Source of the DNA: Phoronis australis
Lineage: Eukaryota > Animalia > Phoronida
Length of the DNA: 64,000 bases
Assembly: GCA_002633005.1 (NCBI GenBank)
Contig: NMRA01000162.1
Span: 596,304-660,303 of the forward strand
Reading direction: 5' to 3'
This document shows, piece after piece, positions 39,942-53,339 of the stretch. A program made the position numbers and the translations under genes. A model generated the notes under the pieces. The model saw only the letters and a program-made list of their open reading frames with translations, made no database searches and was not told where the DNA came from. Within the stretch, counting starts at the first letter, position 1. Every line of letters begins with the position of its first letter.

Positions 39942-40345
39942 CTAACGCTTTACATTCGACCATGCGATTGTATTCACAGGTGGCAGACACCCAAGTTGTG
40001 TTACTGGCTGTATGAAAGATTGATTACATCTAAAATCTAGGCAAGTGATACATAATGTACGCATAACCACCAAATAACCAACCAAAGCTAAAAGTGGTCT
40101 TCCAAAAATCGCTGCTTATGTGTACACATGGTGAAAAGCATATTTGATATTGAAAATCACTTGTGTCTTTCCAAGGAGAAAACTAATAAAATTGGGAACA
40201 TGATCCCTTTTCTCAATCCATGCAAACCCCCTCATTTCTTTTTTGGCACGGTTCATTGAGAAATGAACAACGCTGGTACACTTGTTCTCATTTGCGAACA
40301 TAAAACAGCTGTTAATCATGACAGCAATTTGTTTACTAATACTGT
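39942..40345 (-). pseudogene. Decayed C-type-lectin-like exon
   Basis: Acceptor ctcatatcccaag|; fragments NSCFMF, PCQKR, FAWIE..NFI, DFW, and WVSATCEYNRMVEC (exact W-x4-C-x7-C ending of CTL domains); frameshifts, stops and a defective donor. Confidence 0.5.
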
Positions 40346-40439
40346 CTTGGGATATGAGCAATATACGTTGACTCCGGTAAATGTCAATATTTGTGTATGC
40401 TGCATTATAACCTGCAAATCACTATTTCATCATACTGAC

Positions 40440-40538
40440 CAGGAGGACGTGTTGTGACTGAAGCGAGTGTTGAGGCAATAGTCTGAGCTTCGGTCGGCTG
40501 GCTTGTTGTTGACACAGTAGTGACGCCAGCTGTAACGA
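40440..40538 (-). CDS. Thr/Ser-rich mucin-like exon B, copy 2
   Basis: 99 bp, gcaatag|..|gtcagt, phase 1-1; VTAGVTTVSTTSQPTEAQTIASTLASVTTRPP. Confidence 0.7.
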
Positions 40539-41643
40539 CTATTGCCATAAAATTTCACAACGAGTATAGTAAATGTAAGATAATCGGGGCAAGGGCAGCC
40601 GATGGTCATTCCTTCGACATTAACCGATTCGGCCAGACTTAGGAACCAAAATTTTTCGTTTGATTTTTCACTATCCTTCGATTAAATACAAGTACTGATT
40701 GGTGTGTCTAATCTTTGTACTTGGACAATATAAGAACATCAGATGTAATGTTTAATATGAAATTGTCCCGGAATAAAACTAACGCAGGTTTAAAATGCAC
40801 AATGGCTAAGACCAGATTTTTATGGATATAGCGGAGTTTATTTATCTATTTTTAATTTTAGGTTTATATCTTGATTACAAGCTCACGAAGCAATAGAAAC
40901 GCACTAAACTATAATACATATTGTTTTGGTAACCGAATTGAATCATTTAAATGGTCCTGTTTTTGTCTGAAAAGTTGAAACGGTGTAAACTTCAGTGTCT
41001 TCCGCTATTGCCCTATGTATTCTCTAAAAAAATGTATGCTATAGTTTCCGAGCATTTACTTTTAATGATATTCCTATGAATCTGGGGGCAACACAGTCGT
41101 AGAAATTCAGTTATTTCATACAATTGCGAATGAATCCATAATGATATGTATTTTCCGAGTAATTGCGATATTAGTTCCTCAGAATATTCGATATATTGAA
41201 AAATGAACAATTGTGCATATCTCATTGATTTGATCACGGTGACGGTACAACCTTAGAAAGTTTATTTTTTTGTAGGAAAATAGTTTCACTGTTGAAATTT
41301 GCCTTTTATGCATTAACAACAACTTTCATGACCGTAAAATTCATGGCAACATCTCGGCACAATCATAATGCGTAAAAATAATCGTAAAATTTGATGAAAG
41401 TCAAATATGTACAATGTTTATATGGAGTGTTTTCTCTAAATAATGCTTAATCAGACTAACCCAAACGATGAGTTTTTATTGAAGTACTAGTTGACGCCAC
41501 TACCGCAGTCATTGTTGGTTGTTTTGTTGTTGTTTAGAGCCGTGTACGTCTTGGGATATGAGAAAAATGTGTTGATATCCCTGAATGTCAACATTTGTAT
41601 ATGCTGGAGTGAAATTTGCTAAACACAGTTTCATCATACTGAC

Positions 41644-41742
41644 CAGAAGGATGTGTTGTGACTTGAGCGAATGTTGAGGTAATCGTCTGTGCTTTAGTCG
41701 GCTGGCTTTTTGTTGACGCAGTAGTGCCGCCACTTGTAATGG
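41644..41742 (-). CDS. Thr/Ser-rich mucin-like exon B, copy 1
   Basis: 99 bp, gcaatag|..|gtcagt, phase 1-1; ITSGGTTASTKSQPTKAQTITSTFAQVTTHPS. Confidence 0.7.
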
Positions 41743-42737
41743 CTATTGCGATAAAGTGTCACGACGAGTATATGTCATATCATTGTATCCGTAATAAAAA
41801 TATATTTAACGTTAGTAACACTTCAAGTATTGATAATGATATCCGTTATAGTAAATGTAAGAATATCAAGGCAAGGGCTGTCGATGACGATTGCCACGAC
41901 AAGAACAGATTCTTCCAGTCTTAGTAACCAAAATGTACAGATTGATGTACTTACTATCCTTCGATGAAATACTGATTGGCGTGTCTATCCTTTAGTACAC
42001 GTACATGTAAGCACACCAGATGTGTTGATTAATTTGAATTTGTCCCAGAATAAATCAAAGGCTGTTCTAGAACTGCACAATGGCTAAGACCGTGTTTTCA
42101 AAGATGACCTCACGGATTTTATTTATTCATGTTTACCTTAGCGTTTTTTTCTTGATTAACAGTTGACAAATTCATATAAACACAATGAAAATAAATTACG
42201 AAACTTTTTGGTAACCGAATTCAAACATTTACGGACTTGGATTGGTCTGAAAAGTTGAAACCAGGTCAAAAAGTATTGCCTTTTCCGTACTAGCCCTACT
42301 TCTTCTCTAAGCAATATGTTATAATTTTGGAGCATAATTGCTTACTACTATTTCAAAAAATCTGGGTCCAATATAAGCGTGGAATTTCAATTATTTCAGG
42401 CAACCACGAATGACTCTATACAGATGTGGATGTTACGAATAATTGCAATCTTATTACCTTACAACATCGATCAATTAACTAATGAACATTTCTGTATATA
42501 GCATTGTATAAATCACGGCGACGGTACAGCAAAAGAAAGATTAGTTTTCGTAGGAAAACAGATTCGCCATTGCAAATAGTCTTTCGTGAGTTTATACCAA
42601 TGTATATAACCGTAAATCAAATGGCACATCTCGGTACAACCTTAAAAAGTAAAAAATATCCTGGAATTCGATGAAAGTCAAAGATGTACAATGTATACTT
42701 AGATTATTTTTCTCAAATTATTGCTTAATCACCTTAC

Positions 42738-42869
42738 CCAAACGAGGTGTTGTGATTGCAATACTAGTTGAACCCACTACCGCAGTCATTGTCTGTTGTT
42801 TTGTTGTTGTTGACGTTGCTGCATTAACGCTTGTCATTGGCTCAGTTCTGCTTCCAGGTTTAACAACTG
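42738..42869 (-). CDS. Thr-rich mucin-like exon A
   Basis: 132 bp, tttcatcgtag|..|gtaagg, phase 1-1; VVKPGSRTEPMTSVNAATSTTTKQQTMTAVVGSTSIAITTPRL; broken copies at ~41460-41535 and ~39700-39731. Confidence 0.7.
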
Positions 42870-43984
42870 CTACGATGAAACGTCATATTAAAACACTATT
42901 TAGGCCAAAGAGATTCAATTTCTATCGATTTTTGCTGTGTTAAAGGGTAAGTGTTCTAGAATAGAAGAAGTCTTAAGTATATCCTTTGTTTTACGTTCAG
43001 GTAAGCTGAGCAGATGTAATGTTCAATTTGAATTTGACACAGAGATGAAGAAATGGTGCATGTTTATCTATAGGCAGGCTCATTCTATAAACTGTGACGA
43101 AATAGTGAAGTAATTAACAGGTTTTTTTTTTGTCAATGATACCAATGACAGTCACAACACCAGAAACTAGTCAAGATCCTCGTTACTGATACGTAAGGTT
43201 AAACCTACGTTGTTAATAGAAATATTTGAGTGGATAATACACGTGTCGTTATTGCTTAACATGGTTATATATTTCAAGCTATTTTATTGCAACGCGAGCA
43301 TCAAAGAATGCAATAATTAAACCGCAAAACCAACCACTAAGACAACACTCCATGTGTCACGCTCTCTTATCACGTCCAGCCCACCTGCTTTGACACTTTA
43401 TTGACAGAAACGACATAAAACTTATGCATTAAAGTTACCATCAGGCGTAGGGCAGTCTCCTGAGTATTGTCTATAATCGTCCACGAGACATTCCATTATA
43501 TCGCAATGTGCTGAAGGCTCGGCTTCTATAGTTAAAGTACAGCGCTTAATGTCTTTAACAAGTAACTTTTTTACTTCCCAGACCTTGGACACGCGTGGAT
43601 CTGAAATTATGATGTTACATCATGGGTCCTGCGAACACAAATCGTTCGAAATTGCCTTTCCACGAATAAACCAAACGTCGAATCAGGTCTCGAAAAACTG
43701 TGTGTTCACACGTCCTGGGGAGATATGTTCAAAATGTTTATTTCACATTTATAAAATAGATTTTTGTAGATATTTTATCCTCAAATAGCTCGTTTTGGAT
43801 CAAAGACGTTCAGACAGCAACGTACATTTGAGACGACTTTTAAAAATGTAGGGGAAGAAAGTATCGTTATGGTATCCATTTAGATAATGAATCTTTCTAT
43901 CAGAAGACAGTCTTTGCATGTTTAAAAGAGATTTACGGAATATTCAACCAGCTAAATCAATCACGACAGCTTGAAAAATTAGGT

Positions 43985-44430
43985 CCCCATCTCGTTCTCG
44001 CGAAGGAGATTCAAAATGGGTTGCAAATGGGGAATCCACTGACCTACAGTAAGTACGATAACTTTCTGGCTATTGACAAAGTAGGGGCTCTTGTTTCGTC
44101 GCTAGAGGTTGCTCCGGCGCCCAAATGGGAAACTAGTCGCAAGCTGGTCGCATAAATTAAAGTAGAATGTCGTATCCATGGTTCTCTTTGTTTTCCTTTG
44201 TTTTTATAAAGATCATGGCTAGAATTACCAATAACAAGCTGATATGCGCCCAAGCTACGATGTCTATGCGACCTGTATTTTTATCTCCAACAATGACACA
44301 CGAAAGGAAAACAATGAAAGTGTCTCATAGGTGAACATATTACGAGGTGCTCACGACCGTTTCATGGATGTTCCAAGTTGAACAATATCTTGCAACCTCC
44401 ATACGACGTCATTTGACATTGATGTGGCAA
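43985..44430 (-). pseudogene. Second decayed C-type-lectin-like exon
   Basis: Fragments in CTL order across frameshifts: YGGCKILF, RSLGAYQLVI, PWI, FPIWAPEQP..LLC, GQWIP..LL(R/C)E. Confidence 0.4.
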
Positions 44431-44810
44431 CTGTTACACAGTGCAGGCCCTCATAAGGTTAATTTTACGGTAGCAACAGATACACGTATCAGTGAAAGGA
44501 TAACATAGTCAGCAACGATAGACTTCCACATTCTTCAGAATTACTGAAGTCCATCAGTATTTTTGCTCTAAAATTAACTGTTCACAAGAAAAGAATATTT
44601 TCAAACATCTAAAAAAATGAAAGTTTATTCATACTTCTTAATATATTAAATGTATGTCGAATACACTTCATGCAATAGAGACGATAAGAGTAGTTTTCTT
44701 TTTAAGCAGGGTTCCAAAAGGACTACGTTTCTTCGAAATGGAGCTCGAAGTCCACTTTTTTGATAATAACAAAGTTATTTACTTGCTTTAAATCCGTTTT
44801 ATTCCTAATA

Positions 44811-47680
44811 CAGCACACGTCACGAATTTTTGTCCGACTGGTCGGAAATTGGTCGACGACCAAACACAGTCGGCTAGGAGCCGTCTGCTGAGTCGCGCCT
44901 GTGGTCGGCGCTTGGGTCGGCTAGCATAGACGACCAATACGGATTAAGCGTGTCCTTTGAAGAAAATTTTATGACTAATGATTTTATTACTTAGCGGGTG
45001 AACTTTGGACAAACAAACATTTAACTGTTCGCTGTTCGTTTACCAGTGGCAACTCCTGTCTTGACATCGGTTTATCAACATTTGTTCAACTATTCAATTG
45101 AGGTAAAATCGAATCAACCTACAGATACGAAGAGCGTGACATTACACCAGCCTAAAACCTTATGTTGAATTAATGACGGCGTGGTAAAATCAAACGTTAA
45201 GTGATATCGTGGAAGCATAATTTCTAACTTTAGATATGAGACTTTTTATACAGTACATTATGCATAAAAATAAGCACCGAATTTGAAATTTACAGTAAAA
45301 TTGCATAAAAATCAGAATACAACACTGGATATTTTACGACCTCAAATGTTTTCATGCCGCGGAAGGCTCAACAAGCAGCAAGCATTTGCGCTCATCCGTT
45401 ATTGCTCTTGATCATCACTTCATCACGCTGTATATTGCACTTTACCACAGATAATTATTGTTGTGCATTTCTGTAGAATTTCTTAATATGTTGGTACAGC
45501 AATAGATCCCAAGTTTATTTTAGGAACAATATAAACGATGGTTTGAATATAGCGCCGATATTAAATCATGGCGGCATGAAAATGGAAGACTGTGATCGGT
45601 TTATAGTGTAATTCATCATCCATCATCATTCTGAAATTGTTGTCACTTTCGCAGTAAAAAAAAATTTCCAAGCTAGAGCCTTCCTATCTAGCCAGCCAGA
45701 TGTGAAGACTATTTTCAAAATACAGCAAGGTGCCACTGCGTATTGAGCTCAAACACACCTCGAAACTTCACACAGTCCGGATAGTTACATGTACGCTTGT
45801 CACCTCGTCGAAAAGCTTGTATCAACATGAGCTCAAGACCAGCGAGTTTGCATGCAAACTCTGGAAGCCAATTGGCATACAAGTTGCCCGTTACGGCCGT
45901 TTAAACGAAAAACATCCGACGTCATCTTGCGTAATTCTCTGCCTTTTGTAACTTAAAAACGTATGTCGTCGTTTTGAAGAGTTCATTCGTGACACGAGCC
46001 ACTTTCAAAATGTTTTCGACATCTCCCATTAGATGGTGACAACATCTCAGCAAAATTTGTTCTAAAATTTGGTTCACTGATATCAAAATTCCAAAAACGT
46101 ATAATGAAGTGAAACCAATTCTGATCATTTGTCGTGACGTTTACGCAACCTCGAGGGAGAACGTTTGATTAAATAATCTGGGAAAAAGAAACTGACTAAT
46201 AGGTGACGCAATATTTCATTGCGTCGAAAGTCGACGCAAAAGGTCATACCCTAATTTTAGCAGCAGAATAAGTATAGACAACCAAATTTTGCAACGCTGG
46301 TAAATAATTTAGATTACTCTAAGAAGATTTTATTTGGTCAGTTTTTACGCACAACGGCACAAATTTGTATATTTAATTTAGTAAACACCTTTGCACCAAG
46401 GCTAGAGCCTTCCGAGCCCTTTGGCGTAAGAACACAATACTTGGCGGGGGTAAAACTTTGAAAATAATATTTTCGGGGTAACCTGGTACAGGTAATCCTA
46501 AAAAAATTGTCTGTGTTTTCATGTAGAGCGTAAAATTATTAACCCAGTGATTCAAGAAGAACACTCTCGCAAACGAAAACGCACAGAATTTTCAGCTCTA
46601 TTACCCTGGTTAAAAAACAACTTCTATAAGTTTATTGCATCTGATTCTAGTGATCACCAGGGCAAGTCAAAACTCTTAAGGGGGCGCAATTTCAAACCTT
46701 TGGCATGAATCAGTGATATAAAAATGAAATTAGACCGACTTTAATTCATCAGCAATGTAGACACAACAGTTCCAGACACTGACTGCGTTTGTTAACGTCT
46801 TGTGGCAATGATAAAAATAAATGTTTCTACTATGATTGATAACAAGTTTTACTCTGATGAGGTATGATGCAATATGCATGTCTAATATGCAGATCGGCAG
46901 TTGCAAAAATATTTACTGGATTTAATGAATCCGTTTGAAATGAACCACTGCGAAAGTGTGATTACTAATTGTACATTCGAAGCACGCCTCATTAGAATAA
47001 AAACATACACATGCTTGATGATCCTGGGAGTACCTCTATTACAGGCATGAGTGAAGATATATGGTTGTTGAGCCATAGAGGATAATAAGGCTTAAAATAA
47101 TATCACCCTGAGCCATCTACACCAGGCATATACCAGGCATATATTTCAAAAGAATCCACAACTACTCATTCTTCATAGTCATAACTACTCATTTTTCTTA
47201 GTATTACTAAATCACGAACACCTAGACTTATATAAGAAGTTACACAGAACGCTGCTACACAACTTGCTCTCTCACATTTATGGGAGGCCTAATTTGCAAC
47301 ACGCACTTCGTATTTTTAGGTTGATTCGATTTTACCTCCATTCAATAGTTGAGCAAAATTTGATAAACCGATGTCAAGACCGGAGTTGCCACTGGTAAAC
47401 GAACAGCGAACAGTTAAATGTTTGTTTGTCCAAAGTTCACCCGGCTAAGTCATAAAATGGCAATTGCCGACCAAGGACACGCTTAATCCGAATTGGTCGT
47501 CTACGCTAGGCGACCAATTAGCCGACCCAAGTGCCGACCACAGAGACGACTCAGCAGACGGCTCCTAGCCGACCGTTGTTGGTCGGCTGCTGGTCGGCTA
47601 GACGACCGGTCGACGACCGGTCGACGGCCGGTCGTCGACCAATTTCCGACCGGTGGGCCAAAAATTCGTGATGTGTGCTG
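44811..47680. mobile_element. Deletion derivative of the TA-flanked element at 16108-21624
   Basis: TA|cagcacacgtcacgaattt ... aaattcgtgatgtgtgctg|TA; 44811-47300 is collinear with 16108-19030 and lacks the Harbinger MITE. Confidence 0.9.
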
Positions 47681-47807
47681 TAGCATTATAGATCTGCTAA
47701 TCACCTCTTTGTTAAACATATATCCAAATGAAAAACCTTAAACCGGCAGGCGTTGTCAACCAACACTTGACCTTGTACGCTGGAACCACTTACATGTAAG
47801 TGAAAAC

Positions 47808-48918
47808 CACAGGCGCTTGGGTTTATCGCAAATGACATCACTCAATAATATATAAAAGAAAACATAAAGGTTGGACACTTATACTTTGCCAGGCCGAGGC
47901 TCCCAACTTCAACCGTCCAAAATCCAAATAAAATCTGCGTGCACCTCCCTCAGTCTGGTGTTGCATAAACCTTCGAAGCCTTATCTTTCCTAGATCCCAT
48001 TAACTGTCTTCGTGAGTGGTGAATTGGCGATGGAATTTCCAAAACAATCTCAAAACTCTGAATTCAAGGACCGGAAATAGTAAACATGGCGGATTTCAGT
48101 TGGGCTTCAACTGTACGCCTGTCGTAGGTGAAAGTTCGAGTTTGAGCAAGCAACCTAAATTTCAAATTTAATAATTCTTATCCAAAACTCAACAAATTGA
48201 GAATGTTGAAGTTAGTATTTTAATTATTATTTGTAACTTTATTCCACTGACGGCTCATTTTAGCCCTTAACTTAGAATTTTAAACTGGCGTATCTTTTTT
48301 CTCATCTTGACATCACGCACTTTTTTGATTGAAGCACAACACACACTCGGCCAGGAAACGCAGTCCGTGCAAGTATTACAATGCGCGTGGCCGACGAGTT
48401 AACTCAATGGTTTTGGCCAAAAGTAAAACCTTCATAAGAAATCACAGTACACAAAAATTTCGCATATCAATACAGTATCAGGAAAATTTATATTTGACAC
48501 AAATATGTGAGTAATTACATTTATTCGGCAATAAAGTGCTCTCTGCTTCTCATGATCAAGTAGTCGAGGGATTGATGATGAAAGCCGCGCGAAATTAGAC
48601 TTTCAGATTTAGCTCGCGAGCGTCCTTCAAAAACCCGGATGTGCGAAGACCGTCTGTCATGACATCACGGAATCACTTCCTTGAATTTGTGATTTTGGCA
48701 TTCTTTTGGCATTTTTGTCGCCAAATCACCACTCGACGACAATTTGAAGAGATCGAATGAAAGAAAGTGTTCTAAGAGTTGTCCGATGCTAGTTTCGTGG
48801 AGTTCCATGCACATTTGAGTACACAATTCTGAGCAAACAGATTTCGAGTGTCCAACCTTTATGTTTTCTTATATATCTTATTGAGTGACGTCATTTGCGA
48901 TAAACCCAAGCGCCTGTG
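47808..48918. mobile_element. Non-autonomous TIR element with 8-bp TSD (hAT- or P-like)
   Basis: gtgaaaac|cacaggcgcttgggtttatcgcaaatgac ... gtcatttgcgataaacccaagcgcctgtg|gtgaaaac; TIR about 70 bp. Confidence 0.9.
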
Positions 48919-51900
48919 GTGAAAACCAACCTAATCAATGCCATTTTCTCTCATACTTCTCAACCTTTTGTAACAAAGAATAATAAATTAACACGTAGTT
49001 TCGTAAACAGGACGCTCAACACGCGCCATTTCCTAAAATTCTGTGACGTCTTTCGGGAGATAAAGACAGCTTCGCAGGAGCAAATTTTTTCTGAAATTCG
49101 GTTTGCTGGTATTAAATACTAAAATATTGCAAGAAATTAAATCAGCTCCGATAACAAGTTGTGACATATCCAAAACTTCGAAGAATATTTAGATCGTTGT
49201 TGTACTAAGAAGAACTCGGGGAACGAAACTGGCCAATTGGGCTACATGTGTCGGCGCCGAAATCCGACCTGAAAGAGCGCAATCCAATTTTTGCAGAGTT
49301 AACTGGAGAACACTAATTTTTGCAACACGGATAAAAAATTTAGTTTTCTATTCGTAAAACCAATAATGTCCCTTTGACTGCCAAGTAATTCAAGCTGATT
49401 CTCGAGTATGCACAGGTCCAATGGAACTAACAGAAGCATCGGTAGACATGCCTTAAAGTACAACAGGATTGCAGTTATGAGCTACGTGGACGCTGCTGCA
49501 GCCAGTCAAACGGAAGTACGTTCAATGATGCAACTGATCAGCATTAGCGAAGTACTGGCAAGCAGCCATTAAATCAGCCCTTTTGAGCTTGAACAGTCTT
49601 AGGATAGATATCTGAAACCAAAGATGCGAAACTCCACATGGTGGGAACCAGCACAATAGAACCCACCTCCCTCTTTCAACACTGGCCTGCATTTTTCACC
49701 TGGGAAAATCATTAAGTGAATAGAAATACAGGTTATCTAGTCCATGTACCTGAACAAGACTTGCCATGCATGCATGAACACAGCTCACCGACCCACCTCT
49801 TTGCTGTCTCAAAGACACGAGATCGCACCCAATAAATAAGAGCCACACATCGACTCTAAATCGAGCTACTTTTATTGCTTCAGTCAAAAAAGAATTCACA
49901 TGTGGCGAGCTGGTGAAGCGTAGCAGGGATCAATGAGAAGCAGGTATCACTTTTTGGCCATTTGGTAAAACTCCCACTCTCCCTCAATTTCGCCCCAATC
50001 ACAGGTACATGTATAGCCATACCACGCACACTTGAGTACCCACCAAAAATAACGAAAGGAAGTTAACTGACGGGAGTCTCCTGCGTTCTAAAAATGAAAG
50101 GTTGCGTCGATGAGTCTTTCAGATGAAGCTACAAAGTACGAGTGTCAATCTCAATTCTCTGTTCGACTAATGAAAAGAAGAGAAACATCTTCCAGGAGAT
50201 ACATGTACCTGTATGGTGTGAACCGACTTAGATTTGGTGAATTTTCTGGGTTTTAACTTGAAGGTTCTAGCTTATTTCTTAGGAAAAAAGAAGCACAAAT
50301 TACACCACCGTAACACAACGGTGTGAGCAGTCATGACAAGTTTTTTTTTAAATGACCCGTTATGCCCATTGCCTTAACTGAGCAAAAGGTACATGTATAT
50401 GCGCAGCACGTACCCTAACCACGATGACTTAGACAACACGCCTGCCTATTTTGCTATCTTCGAATGTTCTTAATATTGGCAGTGCTTACAATGTTTTGGA
50501 CTAATGATTACTGATCACTCCAGTCCGAATCCAATCATTCGTGCCCTATTGCAAACTCCCAGTCTTACAAATGATCCAAAGCATTGATACTTTTTAGACT
50601 TTTGGCGACATCTCTTGTAGCGTGGTGTTGGTAAAAGTTCTTTGTAAAGCGCTCTAGACTATGATGTGAAACAAGGCAACGAGACCTCAGATCGAGCTTC
50701 GTAACAGCCATTTCTTGGAATCATGACCTACATGTACTAACATGAAACTTATTCAATTTCATAGATAAACGTCATTAGCACAATATTTCGATAAAATGAT
50801 TGCTTGAAACAAATACGATGATTTTGACTAAAGCTTCAAACAGCTGTTGTTTATTAAATTTTCTTGCCAATTGAACAATACTTTTTATTCTTACTGTTTT
50901 TTACCACCTATTGGTAATATAAAACAGGTGACAGTGGTAAGAGTACCTTTGCCTAAGTATAAGTTTGAAATTGAAGACAAACGCTTTGGCTATTGCTGGA
51001 ACTACGTGGGGACGTAAGCAATCCAAGGCCTATGATTATAGAGCCCTTGAACAAGACCTGAATGCGTAATGGATTTTAACGGTTGGAGGCAGCCCAAATA
51101 CTGTAATCTGGAACATTCTAGAGCCTAGAACAATTGTATAGATTCTGGTTAGTTCTAGAAAGCGATTGGATTAGTGAAAACTTCTACAACATTGTATGGG
51201 ACTATCAATGCCCAAGCAAAGATTTGTGACAGCTAGTTGAAGTTAAAGAGAATTACGTGATAGCTACAGTGGAGCCTTCGTAGCACTGGCTGGACCATCC
51301 AACATATATGACGTCGGGGGGTATTGTTTGTGCAAAATTGAGAAGGTACGGTCGAGATTAATAAAGTGATTAATTTAAACCAGTCTTCAGTCAATCACTG
51401 CACCGAAAGTTACTAGCACTGGTCGTTTACCACCTGCGCTCCCCCACAAACGAGGAAAACATGACAATTGGCAACTCAGTTGGTGTCATAGTTATTGCTG
51501 GGTCACTTACCGTGATTAGGCAGAAGTACCCATTCTTTTCTACCCAATTTCGCCTTTATCGAACCGTTACAGTTAACATGCATAAACGAAAACATTATGC
51601 ACGTCAACCCCTTTTGAGGCTGTATACGCGGACCAGATAGTTTAGCTTGCTTAGGATGGCGTCCTTGGAAATACCAAAATTGTCCTTAAAAATAGAGAAA
51701 CAAATTTAACCGTCGGTTTGTCAAACTAGTTGAATCACAGGCCCTTTACTGTCCTGTTATGTAGTGTTTGGCATGTTTATTGGTGCTCATTGCACTGAGT
51801 ACCAATCCACTACAAATAGCCGCCTTGCCATAGATGTCCACTGTCTTTGTAAAAAACGCTGGGAAATGTGTAACGATAACGGTGGTAGACTTTGCAAATA

Positions 51901-53339
51901 ATGCTGGAATATACATGTAACTGTGGCCAAAAAGTCTTAATGGGTGCTGTATAACTGTATTAGACGTTCCAGTAAAACTCGAATAAACACATCGAGGATA
52001 TCGGATTCCAAGATTAATTCTGGGTCAAACCAAATGGGTTTTGATAGGGAGAGCTGGGTCGTGTTAAATAATGCTGCGGTCTCGAAATATACATGTACAT
52101 GTAAACACGTTCATGCAAAACTAAGCAGCATACCGTATTGCATACTAATGATAGCACTTGGTCTTGATCAGTATTCGTTACTAGTTTGAAAGGTAACAAA
52201 AAGGGGGACTTTCAAAGAGATATATGTATGGATAAAAATATCCAGAATTTATTGCTCATATCATTCAAACACAAATGTTCCTTAAATGACTCATCGCCTT
52301 TTAGTAAGCACATAAAGCAGCTGTCGTCTTGCTATCGCTGAATTACTATTGTCCGATAACATTCCGATTGGTATCCAGAGGCTTAGAAATACATGGAGTT
52401 TAGACTTGTGCAGCAGGGAAAATGAAGGTTAACCAAACTACCGAGCAACATCCCATTGGACGAGCTCTGGCGGCAATTATTGTTTCATGTGGTGCAGAGA
52501 CATCTAGCGTTCGTTTTTGCAATAAACAAATATAGCAAGATATGACGGCACCAGTCGGTAAAAACGCAATGTTGGTTTTTGCAATATCTGCGGCTGCAGC
52601 AACGCTGAGTTAATTGAAAATTCGTGATTTATGTTTTTTGATTCCCCACTGATTGCAATAGTTGATGTTCACGATTGAATCAAAGCATATTTTTGCTTGA
52701 AAGTGTTGCCAGTCATTCAGTTATAGACTGGGTGATTTGAATTTATGCCATTACCGTTTCTTGCATTTGGTCACATGTGTAGAAAATTATCGTAAATTGT
52801 TAGCTTGATTTTTGGAACTAATGGTTACTTTAATCTATGCCAATTGATTATTTTTATCAATTTATTTTACCTATTCTTTTTCATTATTATTTATTAATTT
52901 TTAATTATTTATTAATGTATTGTTTTTTATTTATACTTTGTTACTTATTCAAATTATTTAATGTGAACCCATACAGTTAACATTCTGGCTGCTGTTGAAG
53001 AATATTCAATATTATATGATCACGGTATGGATTTGAGTTCATAATAAATACATGTATTAAATGTAAGGTTCGGTGGAAGTGGGTAAGGAAGTGTTCTTTC
53101 AAAAGCGTATTGAGCCTTACATCGATGGGTGCTACGGTAATATTTGTATTAAGTTGGAACCCCGTTACACTCAGTGACCATGTGGTTTGTTTAGATGTTT
53201 TTGAGACGGGTCTTCAGACATCAAGTCAGGAAATAAGGCGTCCTTATATCTTTCACTTTGAATTTGGCAACTTTTACCTGCCAAAGCAGGCTGAACATGC
53301 TTTAATTAACTTCAGAAAGCAGACTTAAAAAAAAAACAT

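Larger units (their letters stand above)
39380..42970. repeat. Local tandem segmental duplication (about 2.5 units of exon A / exon B / lectin exon with their introns)
   Basis: 40346-41530 is collinear with 41550-42820; 39380-39830 is collinear with 42110-42970 apart from an internal deletion. Confidence 0.85.

Noticed and set aside
44157-44272. Apparent third TM exon on the minus strand (RIDIVAWAHISLLLVILAMIFIKTK..GYDILL*)
   Set aside because: The acceptor is weak and the stretch lies inside the lectin-like relic, whose motifs are in other frames; probably a chance hydrophobic frame, though not fully excluded.
50930-51304. Possible solo LTR
   Set aside because: Could not identify matching TG..CA termini with a TSD.
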